From a virus, in IMG/VR virus record IMGVR_UViG_3300027806_000035, positions 22,447 to 86,446 of that record: 64,000 nt of DNA; one strand, written 5' to 3'. Position numbers and translations under genes: made by a program. The number at the start of each line of letters is the position of its first letter. Position 1 is the first letter of the stretch. Below are positions 1-9,250 of this stretch, piece after piece. The notes beneath the pieces are model-generated. The model searched no databases and had not been told where the DNA came from. It saw only the letters and a list, made by a program, of their open reading frames with translations.

Positions 1-204
1 TTTACCATTTGATTATCGCCAACATTTTGTAGTTAGTTTTACGCTCAGAGCTTTCTTGCACTTTTTGGATCTTCGCGCCAAGTTGGATGCACAGCTTGAG
101 ATTCGGCAACTTTGCGATCTGATGTGGCCACATCTTGAAAAATGGTCGCCAGAAATCGCAGCTTGGTATAAGGCCACCCGCTACGGCAAAGCGAGGCTTG
201 CGCC

Positions 205-1143
205 ATGACATGCGAGGACTACTTGAAGGACATTGGCAGAGTGCCACTGTTGACAAGCGAAGAAGAGATCGTGCTTGGTAATAGAGTCCAAGCAATGATC
301 AGAATGCTTGAATCGCACGGGATTGGCTATCAGCTATCGGCGAGCAATATTGACGAGGCATTGCAGCAGCTCAACCAAGACGAAAAACGGCTTGTAAGAC
401 TTGGAATCAAGGCAAGAAATCGCATGGTTTCAGCCAATATGAGACTCGTCGTTGCGATAGCCAAAAAGTACGTCAACAAGCAAGTCCACATGACAATGCA
501 GGACTTGATTCAAGAAGGTGCTATCGGCCTTACGAGAGCTGCTGAGAAGTTTGATCCAGCAAGGGGTTATAAATTTTCGACGTATGCGTATCTATGGATA
601 AAGCAAGGAATGACAAGGGGGTGTGAGGCCCAAGAGGGCATCATCAAGCTCCCGGCTCACTTGCAGCGTCTGATACGCAGGGCCGGTGAAATGAGAATTC
701 GGCTTGCAGCGAAGCTCGGAAGAGAGCCGAGCTTCAAGGAGCTTTCCGATCAGATGGGAGAAGCTGATCACGAAAAGCTCAGAAGCATCATCTCGATGCA
801 CTTCCTCATGTCACCTGCGATCCTGTGGATTGACAGGTGGGTGGAGACAGGGGATCGGTCATTCTTCACGCTATCAGATCTGGCTGGTGACGGCTACGCA
901 GAAGCCAAAAGCGAAGAGGAGGATACTAGTAAGCTGAACTTTATCATGCTTGCGATTCAAGCACTTGAGCCGATTGACAGGGAGCTTGTCACAAAGAGGC
1001 ATGGAATTGGCTGCGAGCCAACCAATTTCAAGGAGTTATCCGAAGCAACGGGCCTGACAGTACAGGTGGCAAAGGAAAGGTATCAAAAGGCTACAGCAAA
1101 GATACGGTATATCGTTACAACTTTCACCGCGCCTGATGGCTGA
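205..1143 (+). CDS. Phage-encoded sigma-70 family RNA polymerase sigma factor (cyanobacterial RpoD/group 2-like)
   Basis: Region 1.2 YLKDIGRVPLLTSEEEIVL; region 2 ANMRLVVAIAKKY...DLIQEGAIGLTRAAEKFDPARGYKFSTYAY; region 3 LGREPS. Confidence 0.93.
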   Translation: MTCEDYLKDIGRVPLLTSEEEIVLGNRVQAMIRMLESHGIGYQLSASNIDEALQQLNQDEKRLVRLGIKARNRMVSANMRLVVAIAKKYVNKQVHMTMQDLIQEGAIGLTRAAEKFDPARGYKFSTYAYLWIKQGMTRGCEAQEGIIKLPAHLQRLIRRAGEMRIRLAAKLGREPSFKELSDQMGEADHEKLRSIISMHFLMSPAILWIDRWVETGDRSFFTLSDLAGDGYAEAKSEEEDTSKLNFIMLAIQALEPIDRELVTKRHGIGCEPTNFKELSEATGLTVQVAKERYQKATAKIRYIVTTFTAPDG

Positions 1144-1435
1144 ATGGTTGCCACCGTCCCGTCACGGTGGACTTTTTACCAGGGCCGACTCTCAAGGAAA
1201 AACGGGCTGGACCTTGAGCCTGGAAAGTGGAAGGACGCACCGGACGTTTCCAGCATCGTCGTGCCACGAAGGCAAAATAGCACAAAACCCGGAAGCGGCT
1301 GCACACCTCCGGGCTTTGGCGGGGCTTCCTACAGGGCTGATTCCTGCAGATGCTACGAACATCCTAGCGCAATTTCCTGATCACCGAATCATGATGATGG
1401 GTCCGCGTCATAGCGATGAAGCTCAGCAAGCATAA
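1136..1435 (+). CDS. Hypothetical protein
   Basis: ATG overlaps the end of the sigma gene; the alternative frame 1144-1380 cannot be excluded. Confidence 0.35.
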   Translation: MAEWLPPSRHGGLFTRADSQGKTGWTLSLESGRTHRTFPASSCHEGKIAQNPEAAAHLRALAGLPTGLIPADATNILAQFPDHRIMMMGPRHSDEAQQA

Positions 1436-1829
1436 GGCTAAATCTAGTCTCAATTGCATAGTGGCCAACGAATACTTTGCAGTTTGGATGGGCACCGCGA
1501 AGCGTCATTGTCTGCCAGTCAAAAGTAGGCAGACCCGCGTGAGACTCAATTTTGATGCCAAGATTCCCATAACCAAGTTTTTCAACAAGATGCTCAATGT
1601 CCGACTCCTCTCTTGCGGAGGCGCAGATAATGTAAACTGCGCGGCCATCAAGTGCTGCAGACCCAGCATTTTTGACCATTCTGGTCGTGCGACCAGTACG
1701 CCTCAAATCAGCAAGACGGTTCATATAAGTAGAGTTGAGGTTTGCGGCCCGCAAGGCGGGACAATCACAATATACCACAAAACCCAAGACTCGCACAAGA
1801 GGCAAGCCTTGGGCCTTGCAGGGTTTCAT
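1389..1829 (-). CDS. Hypothetical protein with a Walker-A-like RRTGRTT motif (true start probably MNRLAD)
   Basis: RRTGRTTRM followed by a hydrophobic strand (VYIIC); coupled to the upstream gene. Confidence 0.55.
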   Translation of the reverse strand: MKPCKAQGLPLVRVLGFVVYCDCPALRAANLNSTYMNRLADLRRTGRTTRMVKNAGSAALDGRAVYIICASAREESDIEHLVEKLGYGNLGIKIESHAGLPTFDWQTMTLRGAHPNCKVFVGHYAIETRFSLMLAELHRYDADPSS

Positions 1830-2572
1830 GCTGGCTGCCCGTGATCGCCTCCGTTCAAGCGCGAGCTATTGGCCAGTTGACCACTTGATTTTAACCGTTC
1901 CAACAGTGCTGTTCCATCCCACTCCTCGATCCATGTCTCAGGCTTGTATTTGCCATCCACCCAAAGCATTTGCAACTCTTCAGGAGTGTAATTATCAAAA
2001 AGTAGAACGGCTGAAAATCGCTCCCTATCTTTTTCTGGGGCTTCGTTGACAAGGGTAGAGATGGATTCAGTGAATATGCCACCTCTCCGCACAAGCACTT
2101 CTTGAGTGTGCAAGCGCCACTTGTTGCAGAGTTCGGCAGCTCTTTTTGACGAAATGAGCGGAGCCGGGGAAGACCTATAGCGGCAGGGCACCTCACTGAA
2201 TCCAGTGTAGCATTTCCAGAAATCTACAGCATCCCAAATTCCATTGTCATCGCATTCTATTGGTCTTGCTTTTTCGATAAGTGATCGCAGGTTGATGTCG
2301 CTGATTTTCGTGAGATCTTTTTGCCATGCCAATCTACGATTCAATTCATCAAGCTGGAAGAAAGCTTTTTGGCGAAGCTCGCCAGCCTTGCCCTGCTCAA
2401 GAACTGACAGATTGCCATAGGAAATCGTTTCAAAACCGGCCTCCCTGGCCCACTTGCAGGCTGTGTACTGAGTCCAGCCATTGGAAAGTCGCCAGTTGAG
2501 CATCATCTTGCCAAAGGCCTTACGGCACTCCAGCTGGCGATCCAGTAACTCTTGGTAGTACGGTTGAAACAC
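1826..2572 (-). CDS. Putative XRE-like HTH transcriptional regulator
   Basis: N-terminal FGKMMLNWRLSNGWTQ...ISYGNLSVLEQGK matches the XRE helix pattern; TAGAAT -10-like element upstream. Confidence 0.65.
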   Translation of the reverse strand: MFQPYYQELLDRQLECRKAFGKMMLNWRLSNGWTQYTACKWAREAGFETISYGNLSVLEQGKAGELRQKAFFQLDELNRRLAWQKDLTKISDINLRSLIEKARPIECDDNGIWDAVDFWKCYTGFSEVPCRYRSSPAPLISSKRAAELCNKWRLHTQEVLVRRGGIFTESISTLVNEAPEKDRERFSAVLLFDNYTPEELQMLWVDGKYKPETWIEEWDGTALLERLKSSGQLANSSRLNGGDHGQPA

Positions 2573-2646
2573 GATTGCAGTTGTTGGTTGGAAGCCCTCA
2601 TAGCGAGGGCAGCCCGCATTCTATCACGGATGGCGACCTACAAGCG

Positions 2647-4347
2647 CTAGCGCTGCTGCTCTACACCAAGCCGCTGATCCTGCAGGAAATCTGGCGGGTC
2701 ATCATCCGCTGCCCATTCAGCCACCATTTTCATTAGCTCCCCATGCGTGAAATATCTTTTATCTGTTGGCATCTTAAATGTATTTTCAAAGATATCCCGA
2801 CTTTCTTGCAGTTTTTGCTCAAAAAATCTTGCAGGTTCCTCTGCCGTCCTCCGCTCCTGCTGGGGGGTTCCAGGGTTCCGGTGCTCACACCCCTTATGAG
2901 GGGGGGTATGGTGAACCAGTAGATCCCAGTAATGCCAGTGCTTCTGGATGGTGGCCCAGCCCATGCCGAGGAGCTTCCTGACCTGGTTCTTGCTCAGGCC
3001 TGCGGCTGTGTCCTTCATCTTGCAGAACAGGTCGCGCAGGCGTTCACGGCTTGCATTGAAAAGCCTTTCATTGCGGTTGCTATCTGCACTAACTTTGGCT
3101 TTTGCCGTTTTTCCATTTGCGTTCCAACCTCTTCTAAACGAGCAATTGGCCCAGCTTTTGCACCAACTGGTCAGGTTTTCTTTTGTTTCGTCGGATGCGT
3201 ATTGATCGAATCCAGGTGACTCAAGTGCAAGCTGCTCAACAATGGCTGCAAGTTTCTCGGGTGTTTGGGGCTTGTAGCGCAACCTTGCTTGTGTTGTAAG
3301 CGCTCCAAGGTTATCATTACTTTGGCTGGGGCCAGTCCACGCAATGTTGCCCGACGAGCGCTTGAATTCAGAAATCCCGTTGGACACTTTGCTGCACCGC
3401 TTGCTTTGCTTTCGCAAGCTATCTGCCTGAGATACCAGTTTCTTAAAGTTCAAGCAGCTTTGCGCCTCTTCTACAGCACTTTTCAGTTGCTGCAAGATCA
3501 GGACGGGATGGGTGATCGTTCGGTCGCCAACCACCAGGGCTGAGCCCTCTTGGCCGGGGAGGCGGAAACCGTTGCTCAGAGGGCGCTCAGAGGGGCTTCC
3601 GGCATGGAAGGGCATCTCGCTGGGGAACAGCTCGGCCTGGCCCGCTCCCGTGGCGATTCCGGCCCTCTGGAGAAGCGCACGGCCGATCCAGTGAGCCCGG
3701 AAGGCATGGACCCACTCCGGCAGCGCGATGTAGACGTGCAGCCCACCGGAATTGCTGCTGATAACAAAGTCAACCTTGCAGCCACAGTCTTCTGCAACCT
3801 CTTGCAGTCTCAGTAGTTCTTTGCTTTTGCCGAGTGGGTGCCAGTATTTGCTTGGCTTTTCGGGTTTATTGTCAATGTCAACGACGATAAGCCTTACTTG
3901 CCGCTCATGCCTGACTCCAATGATCTCCGCGTCATCAGAGGCGGCTCGGAATGCAATCTGAGAAAATGACAAGGGATGCCATCCAGACAGCCAGCTGGCG
4001 TCAGGCTTCCTGTAAATATAGTTTAGACAGCTTGTGTTGAAGGCCGAGCTAAGCAGCTTTTCATATTCGCGCTTCAGCTCTTTATCAGTTACTCTAAATT
4101 TAAGACCGTCTTCATCTTCGGCGTCAGCGGCGAGCGAATAGCTCTGCTCAAAGCTTTCCTCGCGGGGATCCCCGAGTCGCAGCCATTCCTCGGGCCACTC
4201 TGGGGGAGATTCTTGCCAGTCGTCCTGGGAACCCATTAAAGTGGGTGCGAGCGTGTTGGTGACGCTCATCCGGTCCGTAAAAAGCGATTCGCGTCGCTTG
4301 GACCGAAAGGGGGGATTCAGGAGGCTTGTCCTGGTCCCCCACCCCAT
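2647..4347 (-). CDS. AEP-superfamily primase-polymerase / replication protein
   Basis: AEP motif I VVDID, motif II SNSGGLHVY, downstream FRLPG. Confidence 0.75.
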   Translation of the reverse strand: MGWGTRTSLLNPPFRSKRRESLFTDRMSVTNTLAPTLMGSQDDWQESPPEWPEEWLRLGDPREESFEQSYSLAADAEDEDGLKFRVTDKELKREYEKLLSSAFNTSCLNYIYRKPDASWLSGWHPLSFSQIAFRAASDDAEIIGVRHERQVRLIVVDIDNKPEKPSKYWHPLGKSKELLRLQEVAEDCGCKVDFVISSNSGGLHVYIALPEWVHAFRAHWIGRALLQRAGIATGAGQAELFPSEMPFHAGSPSERPLSNGFRLPGQEGSALVVGDRTITHPVLILQQLKSAVEEAQSCLNFKKLVSQADSLRKQSKRCSKVSNGISEFKRSSGNIAWTGPSQSNDNLGALTTQARLRYKPQTPEKLAAIVEQLALESPGFDQYASDETKENLTSWCKSWANCSFRRGWNANGKTAKAKVSADSNRNERLFNASRERLRDLFCKMKDTAAGLSKNQVRKLLGMGWATIQKHWHYWDLLVHHTPPHKGCEHRNPGTPQQERRTAEEPARFFEQKLQESRDIFENTFKMPTDKRYFTHGELMKMVAEWAADDDPPDFLQDQRLGVEQQR

Positions 4348-4424
4348 TCAGGGCAGCTGGTAGCCAGTCTATCGCAGTGACGCAGGAACTGCAAGTACAC
4401 TGCCAAATACCCCGCCAGCCATAA

Positions 4425-4772
4425 ATGCCACGCAAGCCGAACCTTGCTGTAACCGAGCTGCCGGCCAACTACAAGGCGCCTCCTAGACCAGTACGGAAAT
4501 TCAATCCGACAAGAGCGAAGCTCAACCGCTTTCTTGAAGTTAGGTGGTCAAGCGGCGCCGTTCCAATCAGGATTTCCGAGGTTCAGTCTGCGCTTGAAAT
4601 ACCGATCGCATCTTGGCCAAAGTATAAACACGAGGTTGAGCGTTGGCTTACGGTTGTCGGCTGGAGAAATTGCACAAGAAAAATGGGTAGCGATAAGCCT
4701 TCTCTCCGGGGCTGGTGGCCGCCGCTCAAGCCGGTGAAGAGGATCGACGACTGGAGCGAGTACGACGATTGA
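4425..4772 (+). CDS. Hypothetical protein, possibly DNA-binding (winged-helix-like)
   Basis: 115-aa basic ORF divergent from the primase gene. Confidence 0.55.
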   Translation: MPRKPNLAVTELPANYKAPPRPVRKFNPTRAKLNRFLEVRWSSGAVPIRISEVQSALEIPIASWPKYKHEVERWLTVVGWRNCTRKMGSDKPSLRGWWPPLKPVKRIDDWSEYDD

Positions 4773-4918
4773 TCCAGTCGCCTGGTAGGCTCTCTTGGCG
4801 CTCTTGGACGGGCGGGACGGCGGCCCAGGATACAGCCCCCACAGGCTCCTGGGTTTAGCCCCTCAACAGGCAGCCAGCCAAGACGCAACGCCCAACAGAG
4901 CGCGAGACTTGCAAGGTC

Positions 4919-5224
4919 TTACGGCCTTTTGTCCTGCTTGACGTAGCGGCCATGCTCGTCACGAAGCAGTCCGCCTTCTTCTTTCCCTTTGAGTGCCGGG
5001 TTGTAGGTGTTGTAGCCTGCAAGGTAGCCACCGCCAACTCCGGCACCAAGACCCATCATTGGCAGTGCTGACAGATAGCACCTGTCGATTGCATCAGTGC
5101 CTTTTGCTGAAATGCGGCAATCAACAAGATATACCGCGCCCATGACAACTGCAAGGCTTGATGCAGTGCTGATGATCTTTGCACCACTACCGAAAATAGC
5201 CGCAGCAACACCTGGAATGTTCAT
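4919..5224 (-). CDS. Small membrane protein, holin-like
   Basis: Two hydrophobic segments and a charged C-terminus; last gene of the late block. Confidence 0.55.
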   Translation of the reverse strand: MNIPGVAAAIFGSGAKIISTASSLAVVMGAVYLVDCRISAKGTDAIDRCYLSALPMMGLGAGVGGGYLAGYNTYNPALKGKEEGGLLRDEHGRYVKQDKRP

Positions 5225-5523
5225 CTTAGCTCAAGTTTAATAAGACGGCGATCGTGTTCGTTGACCTGTTCTCTCAGTTCATTGAACTGCTGCCCAAATG
5301 CGGCTTGGTTCTGAATAATAAGGTTGATTTGCTCCTTCATCTTTTGCAGCTCATTCGGAAGTGAAATGACAAGCCATGTCATTCCAGTTGCCGTACCTAA
5401 GATCGCGGCTGCAAGAACTGCTGCGGCAGTTGCTTCAAGGACTTGCACCTTGCTGAATCTGCGAGGCTCGGCCGCGCTCGTTTGTTCTGGCTCCACGGGC
5501 GATACCGGTTCCCTCATTGGCAC
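5221..5523 (-). CDS. Single-TM coiled-coil protein (lysis-associated candidate)
   Basis: TM segment AAAVLAAAILGTATGMTWLVI followed by a heptad region. Confidence 0.55.
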   Translation of the reverse strand: MPMREPVSPVEPEQTSAAEPRRFSKVQVLEATAAAVLAAAILGTATGMTWLVISLPNELQKMKEQINLIIQNQAAFGQQFNELREQVNEHDRRLIKLELR

Positions 5524-5538
5524 TCTAGGCCGCCCGTT

Positions 5539-5988
5539 TTATGGCTTTTCCGGCCAGCCAATCTCCCATGGGAAGCCGGGCTGAGATGTAATGTCCCTCA
5601 GTGCTTGGCGATATTCAGCCCAAGCATCCTTGTCGCAGGTTGCATCCCAGATCTGAGTCCAATCACTTGACGCAAGTTCAGCATTTCGCTCGCTTCTCAC
5701 TTCGGCAGCCTTTGCTTCCGTCCTCGCGGAAACTTCCTCGCTACTTGCGTCCTCAATATCCCATTGCTGAACCCAGATCCCATCTACCAAGACGGCAGTT
5801 CTGCTGATGGCGTTTTGCCAGTAATCAATAAGAGGCTGCGCAACGGGAAGGGCTTCTTCGTAACCTTCCGGGGCTTCAAACGGAATCGGGAAGCTCGTTT
5901 CAGGAAAGCGAGCAATGATCTGCCGCTCGTAAAGCGGAAATTCTGCAACCTCTTCACCTTCAAGACGGAGAAAGATTCTGGCTGTCAT
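5539..5988 (-). CDS. Tail fibre assembly chaperone
   Basis: C-terminal RSERNAELASSDWTQ...WAEYRQALRDITSQPGFPWEIGWPEKP signature. Confidence 0.85.
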   Translation of the reverse strand: MTARIFLRLEGEEVAEFPLYERQIIARFPETSFPIPFEAPEGYEEALPVAQPLIDYWQNAISRTAVLVDGIWVQQWDIEDASSEEVSARTEAKAAEVRSERNAELASSDWTQIWDATCDKDAWAEYRQALRDITSQPGFPWEIGWPEKP

Positions 5989-6028
5989 TGCTCACTGAAA
6001 TGCTTAAGCAAAGCATAGCTCAAGTGAG

Positions 6029-6700
6029 CTAGAGGGCGATCCTCCGAAACGCTCTAACTGATCCCGTGTTTCCGCTTGGCGAGACAGCTGGCGACTCTCC
6101 ATTGGAAAAGCTCAGTCTATGCGTATTGTTGAAAAGGCTATCGTAAGTAGAGGTCCAGTGCCCGTTTGCCATAAAAGCCTGCGCATTGCCAGACTGAAAA
6201 AGTGTCAATGCGGTCTGAGATGGCGTTCCAGAGGAGTAATTTGAATTTGATAATGGGACTGAATACTGGTTGACGCCGTAGAAGGTTGAGTTCGTTTGCG
6301 TGGTCGGCTTGAGATTTCGATACGCTATCCCAAGTTCACTCAGGGACGGCAAATACCAATCCGTAAATCCTCCTATACTCAGCCCAATGCAAAACTGAGC
6401 AGCAAGAAATGTAGAGATGCCAATCTCAATCATCCTGTCCGTGTTCAGCCTTCCATCGTAAACGCTTGTAATTGTTGGCTGCGAATTACCATTGCTGGAA
6501 TTGCTGTAGGCTGTCGTAAGCGTATAACCACTGCCGCTTGCGCCTGTTTCAGCCGGAGCAATGATCAGGGCATGTGTTGCAATGCCATTCGCGCTGTGGC
6601 TTATGTATCCGGCGAAATAGCCACCACCAGTAGCCTCACCAAGCGTAAAGCTTGCCGGTGACCTGGACGAAGCAAAAAGGCGAAATGTATTTGGATCCAT
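6029..6700 (-). CDS. DUF1566/Lcl-like (C-type lectin fold) receptor-binding candidate
   Basis: GGYFAG...GGFTDWYLPSLSEL...HWTST...VRAFRR motifs; adjacent to a tail fibre gene. Confidence 0.7.
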   Translation of the reverse strand: MDPNTFRLFASSRSPASFTLGEATGGGYFAGYISHSANGIATHALIIAPAETGASGSGYTLTTAYSNSSNGNSQPTITSVYDGRLNTDRMIEIGISTFLAAQFCIGLSIGGFTDWYLPSLSELGIAYRNLKPTTQTNSTFYGVNQYSVPLSNSNYSSGTPSQTALTLFQSGNAQAFMANGHWTSTYDSLFNNTHRLSFSNGESPAVSPSGNTGSVRAFRRIAL

Positions 6701-6705
6701 GTTGA

Positions 6706-9189
6706 TCAGTTTGCGTAGTTGACGAGGGAAGACGCTCTCCAGCGAGTGCCGCCATCATCAGTGATAAACATGAAGAGATGAGTCTTCCCAGTTGTCAAAG
6801 ATGGAGCTGTTCCATTTGGCCACTCAACACCGCTAAACCAAGTAATTGAGCCGCTTGTGTGCGTGATCTCAAGGGTAAAGCTATATGCTCTACTGGCTGG
6901 AACATTGCTAACGGTGAAAGTAACCGAGGAGGAAATCGTTTTCGCAAAATAGTTACCAGCCGAACAGTCAATGTTTAGTGATGGGACGGCGACTGGAACC
7001 TGCGCATAGGTGCCGTTAACGTCAAGATCTGTATTGGCCGCTGCACTTGCTTGGCCAATGGCAACCGATCCACTTGTTGAAATGTTGCCAGTAGTGCTGA
7101 TGTTGCCGTAGGTGATAGCTGCACCGCTGACCTTGCCAGGGGTTGTGATGTCACCAAGCTTGCTCTGGTCGATTGAGCCAGCCAACATAGTGTTGGTAAC
7201 TGTCCCCGTATCAGCGCTTGTGATGATGGTTCCACTGACGTTGGGAGCCGTCAACGTCCTCGAAGCCGAAAGCGACGCCGGAACGATCTCAAGCACGAAC
7301 GAGCCCGTGCCACCGCCGCGACCACGAAGCAGAATGCCGTCCTGTGTTGCAGCCTGCCTGAAGGTCTGACCGGTTACGTTCGTGAAGGTATTGGCGCCAG
7401 TGAGCGCATTGTTACCGCCAGTGCTAATGCTATCCGTGATTCCATATCCAGAAAGCGTTGTCGGCTTGCTTGTAATATTTTCAAAGGCATAACCAGTGCA
7501 ATAGACAAGGTTGCCGGATTGCGGTGTTCCGAGAACTGGGGACAGCAGCGTCGGGCTGTTGCTGAGCACCACGCTGCCGATCCCTGTGCTGGTCGTGACG
7601 CCCGTGCCGCCGTTGGCCACAGCCAAGGTTCCAGCGAGCGTCACAGCGCCCGTGGAGGCCGCTGACGGCGTGAGGCCGGTCGTTCCACCCGAGAAGCTGC
7701 TGACGCCGGCTGTGGTCGTCGGAGGGACCGTCCAGGTGCCGTCAGCCCGCAGGAAGTTCGTGGTTCCGCCGCCGCTCGCGGGCGCCAGCCCAGCAATGCT
7801 GTTGCTGAACAGTGGAATCTCGGCATCTGATCCGGTGCTGCTTTCAATCGTTCTGTTGTATCCAGACCATGTAAGATTGGTCGGAACGTTGACTTGTGCT
7901 CCAGTCTCAATTCCGTTGAGCTTCACCTTGTCAGCGCCGCTCATGCTGCCAGCGGCACTGGTTGTTGCAGCACTGATTGAAACAGACGGAGTTGATCCGC
8001 TGCTGACAGAAATTGGCGCAACGCCACTGATGCTGGTGATCGCAACAGAGCTTGAGAATGAAATAACTCCTGTATTCGAGTCGTAAGTCAGATCGCCGCT
8101 AGCGCTGATTGCATTGCGAGCACGCGCTTGCGTAAAGTACAGATTCGTCGTTCCTTCCGTGATCGCATCCGAATTAGTCGGAATCGCGGAACTCGGTAGC
8201 AGGCTGGTTGGAATCTTCCCGCCAGAATCCAGCCTCGCAAGGCCGTTGGCGACGTTCATCGAAAGGGAGATGTTTCTTGCGAAAGTCCAGTCACCATTGC
8301 CATCCTTCGTGGCAACTCCGCTAACAGAGAAGGGCTGACCGGACTCTGATGTTACGTTTGTAATATAACGGCTGCCAGCAAATTCCTTGACGGCGAATTG
8401 AGTTGGCGCAGTATTTGCATCGACCTGACCAGTAGACGCAACAAGTGACGTATTGTTGCTGATCTCCCGAAGCTGTGCTCCAACGGTTGTGACACCGTTA
8501 TCGCGGCTAAGGGGACCGACCGTGTAAAGCGTGGAAGATCCAGAGCCGCTACCGCTTGAACTGCCGCTGACAATCAGCGTTCCGGTTGAGCCGTTGACAC
8601 GTCCAACCCTGGCGACAATTTGCTTGTAGCCACCGGGCTCAGAACTCGTCAGGCCACCGCTTTGACCAACGTACAGAGCTTGATTTGCTTGCCAGCCAGG
8701 AAAAACGGTGTTGTATCCGGTGATTTGTCCAACAAGAATTCCATTACCTTCGGCATTGACAGAGAGGGAATCTGCAATAAGTCCAATTGCCGGACCTTTT
8801 GCAGTGTCTGAGGCCATTGCCTTCTTGACCTCGACTGCCTCGCCACCGCTGGCAGTTCCGCTGATGTAGAAGGGGGTTCCCTTGGCAAGAGTTTCTGTAT
8901 CTGTATTCTTGACCTTGATATAAAGCGAGCCGGAAACATCCGCTTCAATCTGACCGGCTTCAAGCAGCCCAGTGATGGTCAGATTCTGGAAGGTTGGGCT
9001 GGCCGAGAAGTCAAACAGATATTCAAGATTGGCGAAAGTCGTTACACCGTCACCAATCTTGATCCATCTTGACTGGTCAGTCTTGATTTCAATCGCAATT
9101 TCACCAGCTGCAACCACAAATGGATTTACAGCGGCCCACTCAGCAGTTGTGCCAACAAGATGACGAGTCCGCGCCAGCTGCTCAGTCAT
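6706..9189 (-). CDS. Tail fibre protein
   Basis: N-terminal GTTAEWAAVNP...GEIAIE...KIGDGVTTF (Mtd/HylP N-terminal-like); G/S/T-rich repeats; C-terminal GVEWPNGTAPSLTTGKTHLF domain. Confidence 0.85.
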   Translation of the reverse strand: MTEQLARTRHLVGTTAEWAAVNPFVVAAGEIAIEIKTDQSRWIKIGDGVTTFANLEYLFDFSASPTFQNLTITGLLEAGQIEADVSGSLYIKVKNTDTETLAKGTPFYISGTASGGEAVEVKKAMASDTAKGPAIGLIADSLSVNAEGNGILVGQITGYNTVFPGWQANQALYVGQSGGLTSSEPGGYKQIVARVGRVNGSTGTLIVSGSSSGSGSGSSTLYTVGPLSRDNGVTTVGAQLREISNNTSLVASTGQVDANTAPTQFAVKEFAGSRYITNVTSESGQPFSVSGVATKDGNGDWTFARNISLSMNVANGLARLDSGGKIPTSLLPSSAIPTNSDAITEGTTNLYFTQARARNAISASGDLTYDSNTGVISFSSSVAITSISGVAPISVSSGSTPSVSISAATTSAAGSMSGADKVKLNGIETGAQVNVPTNLTWSGYNRTIESSTGSDAEIPLFSNSIAGLAPASGGGTTNFLRADGTWTVPPTTTAGVSSFSGGTTGLTPSAASTGAVTLAGTLAVANGGTGVTTSTGIGSVVLSNSPTLLSPVLGTPQSGNLVYCTGYAFENITSKPTTLSGYGITDSISTGGNNALTGANTFTNVTGQTFRQAATQDGILLRGRGGGTGSFVLEIVPASLSASRTLTAPNVSGTIITSADTGTVTNTMLAGSIDQSKLGDITTPGKVSGAAITYGNISTTGNISTSGSVAIGQASAAANTDLDVNGTYAQVPVAVPSLNIDCSAGNYFAKTISSSVTFTVSNVPASRAYSFTLEITHTSGSITWFSGVEWPNGTAPSLTTGKTHLFMFITDDGGTRWRASSLVNYAN

Positions 9190-9250
9190 TGATTCTAACG
9201 TCTTAGACGTACTACTGCTTCAAGGCAACTGTAGCCAAGACGCTCAATGG

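Noticed and set aside
6029-6150. Active diversity-generating retroelement
   Set aside because: No reverse transcriptase and no template repeat are visible in the window.
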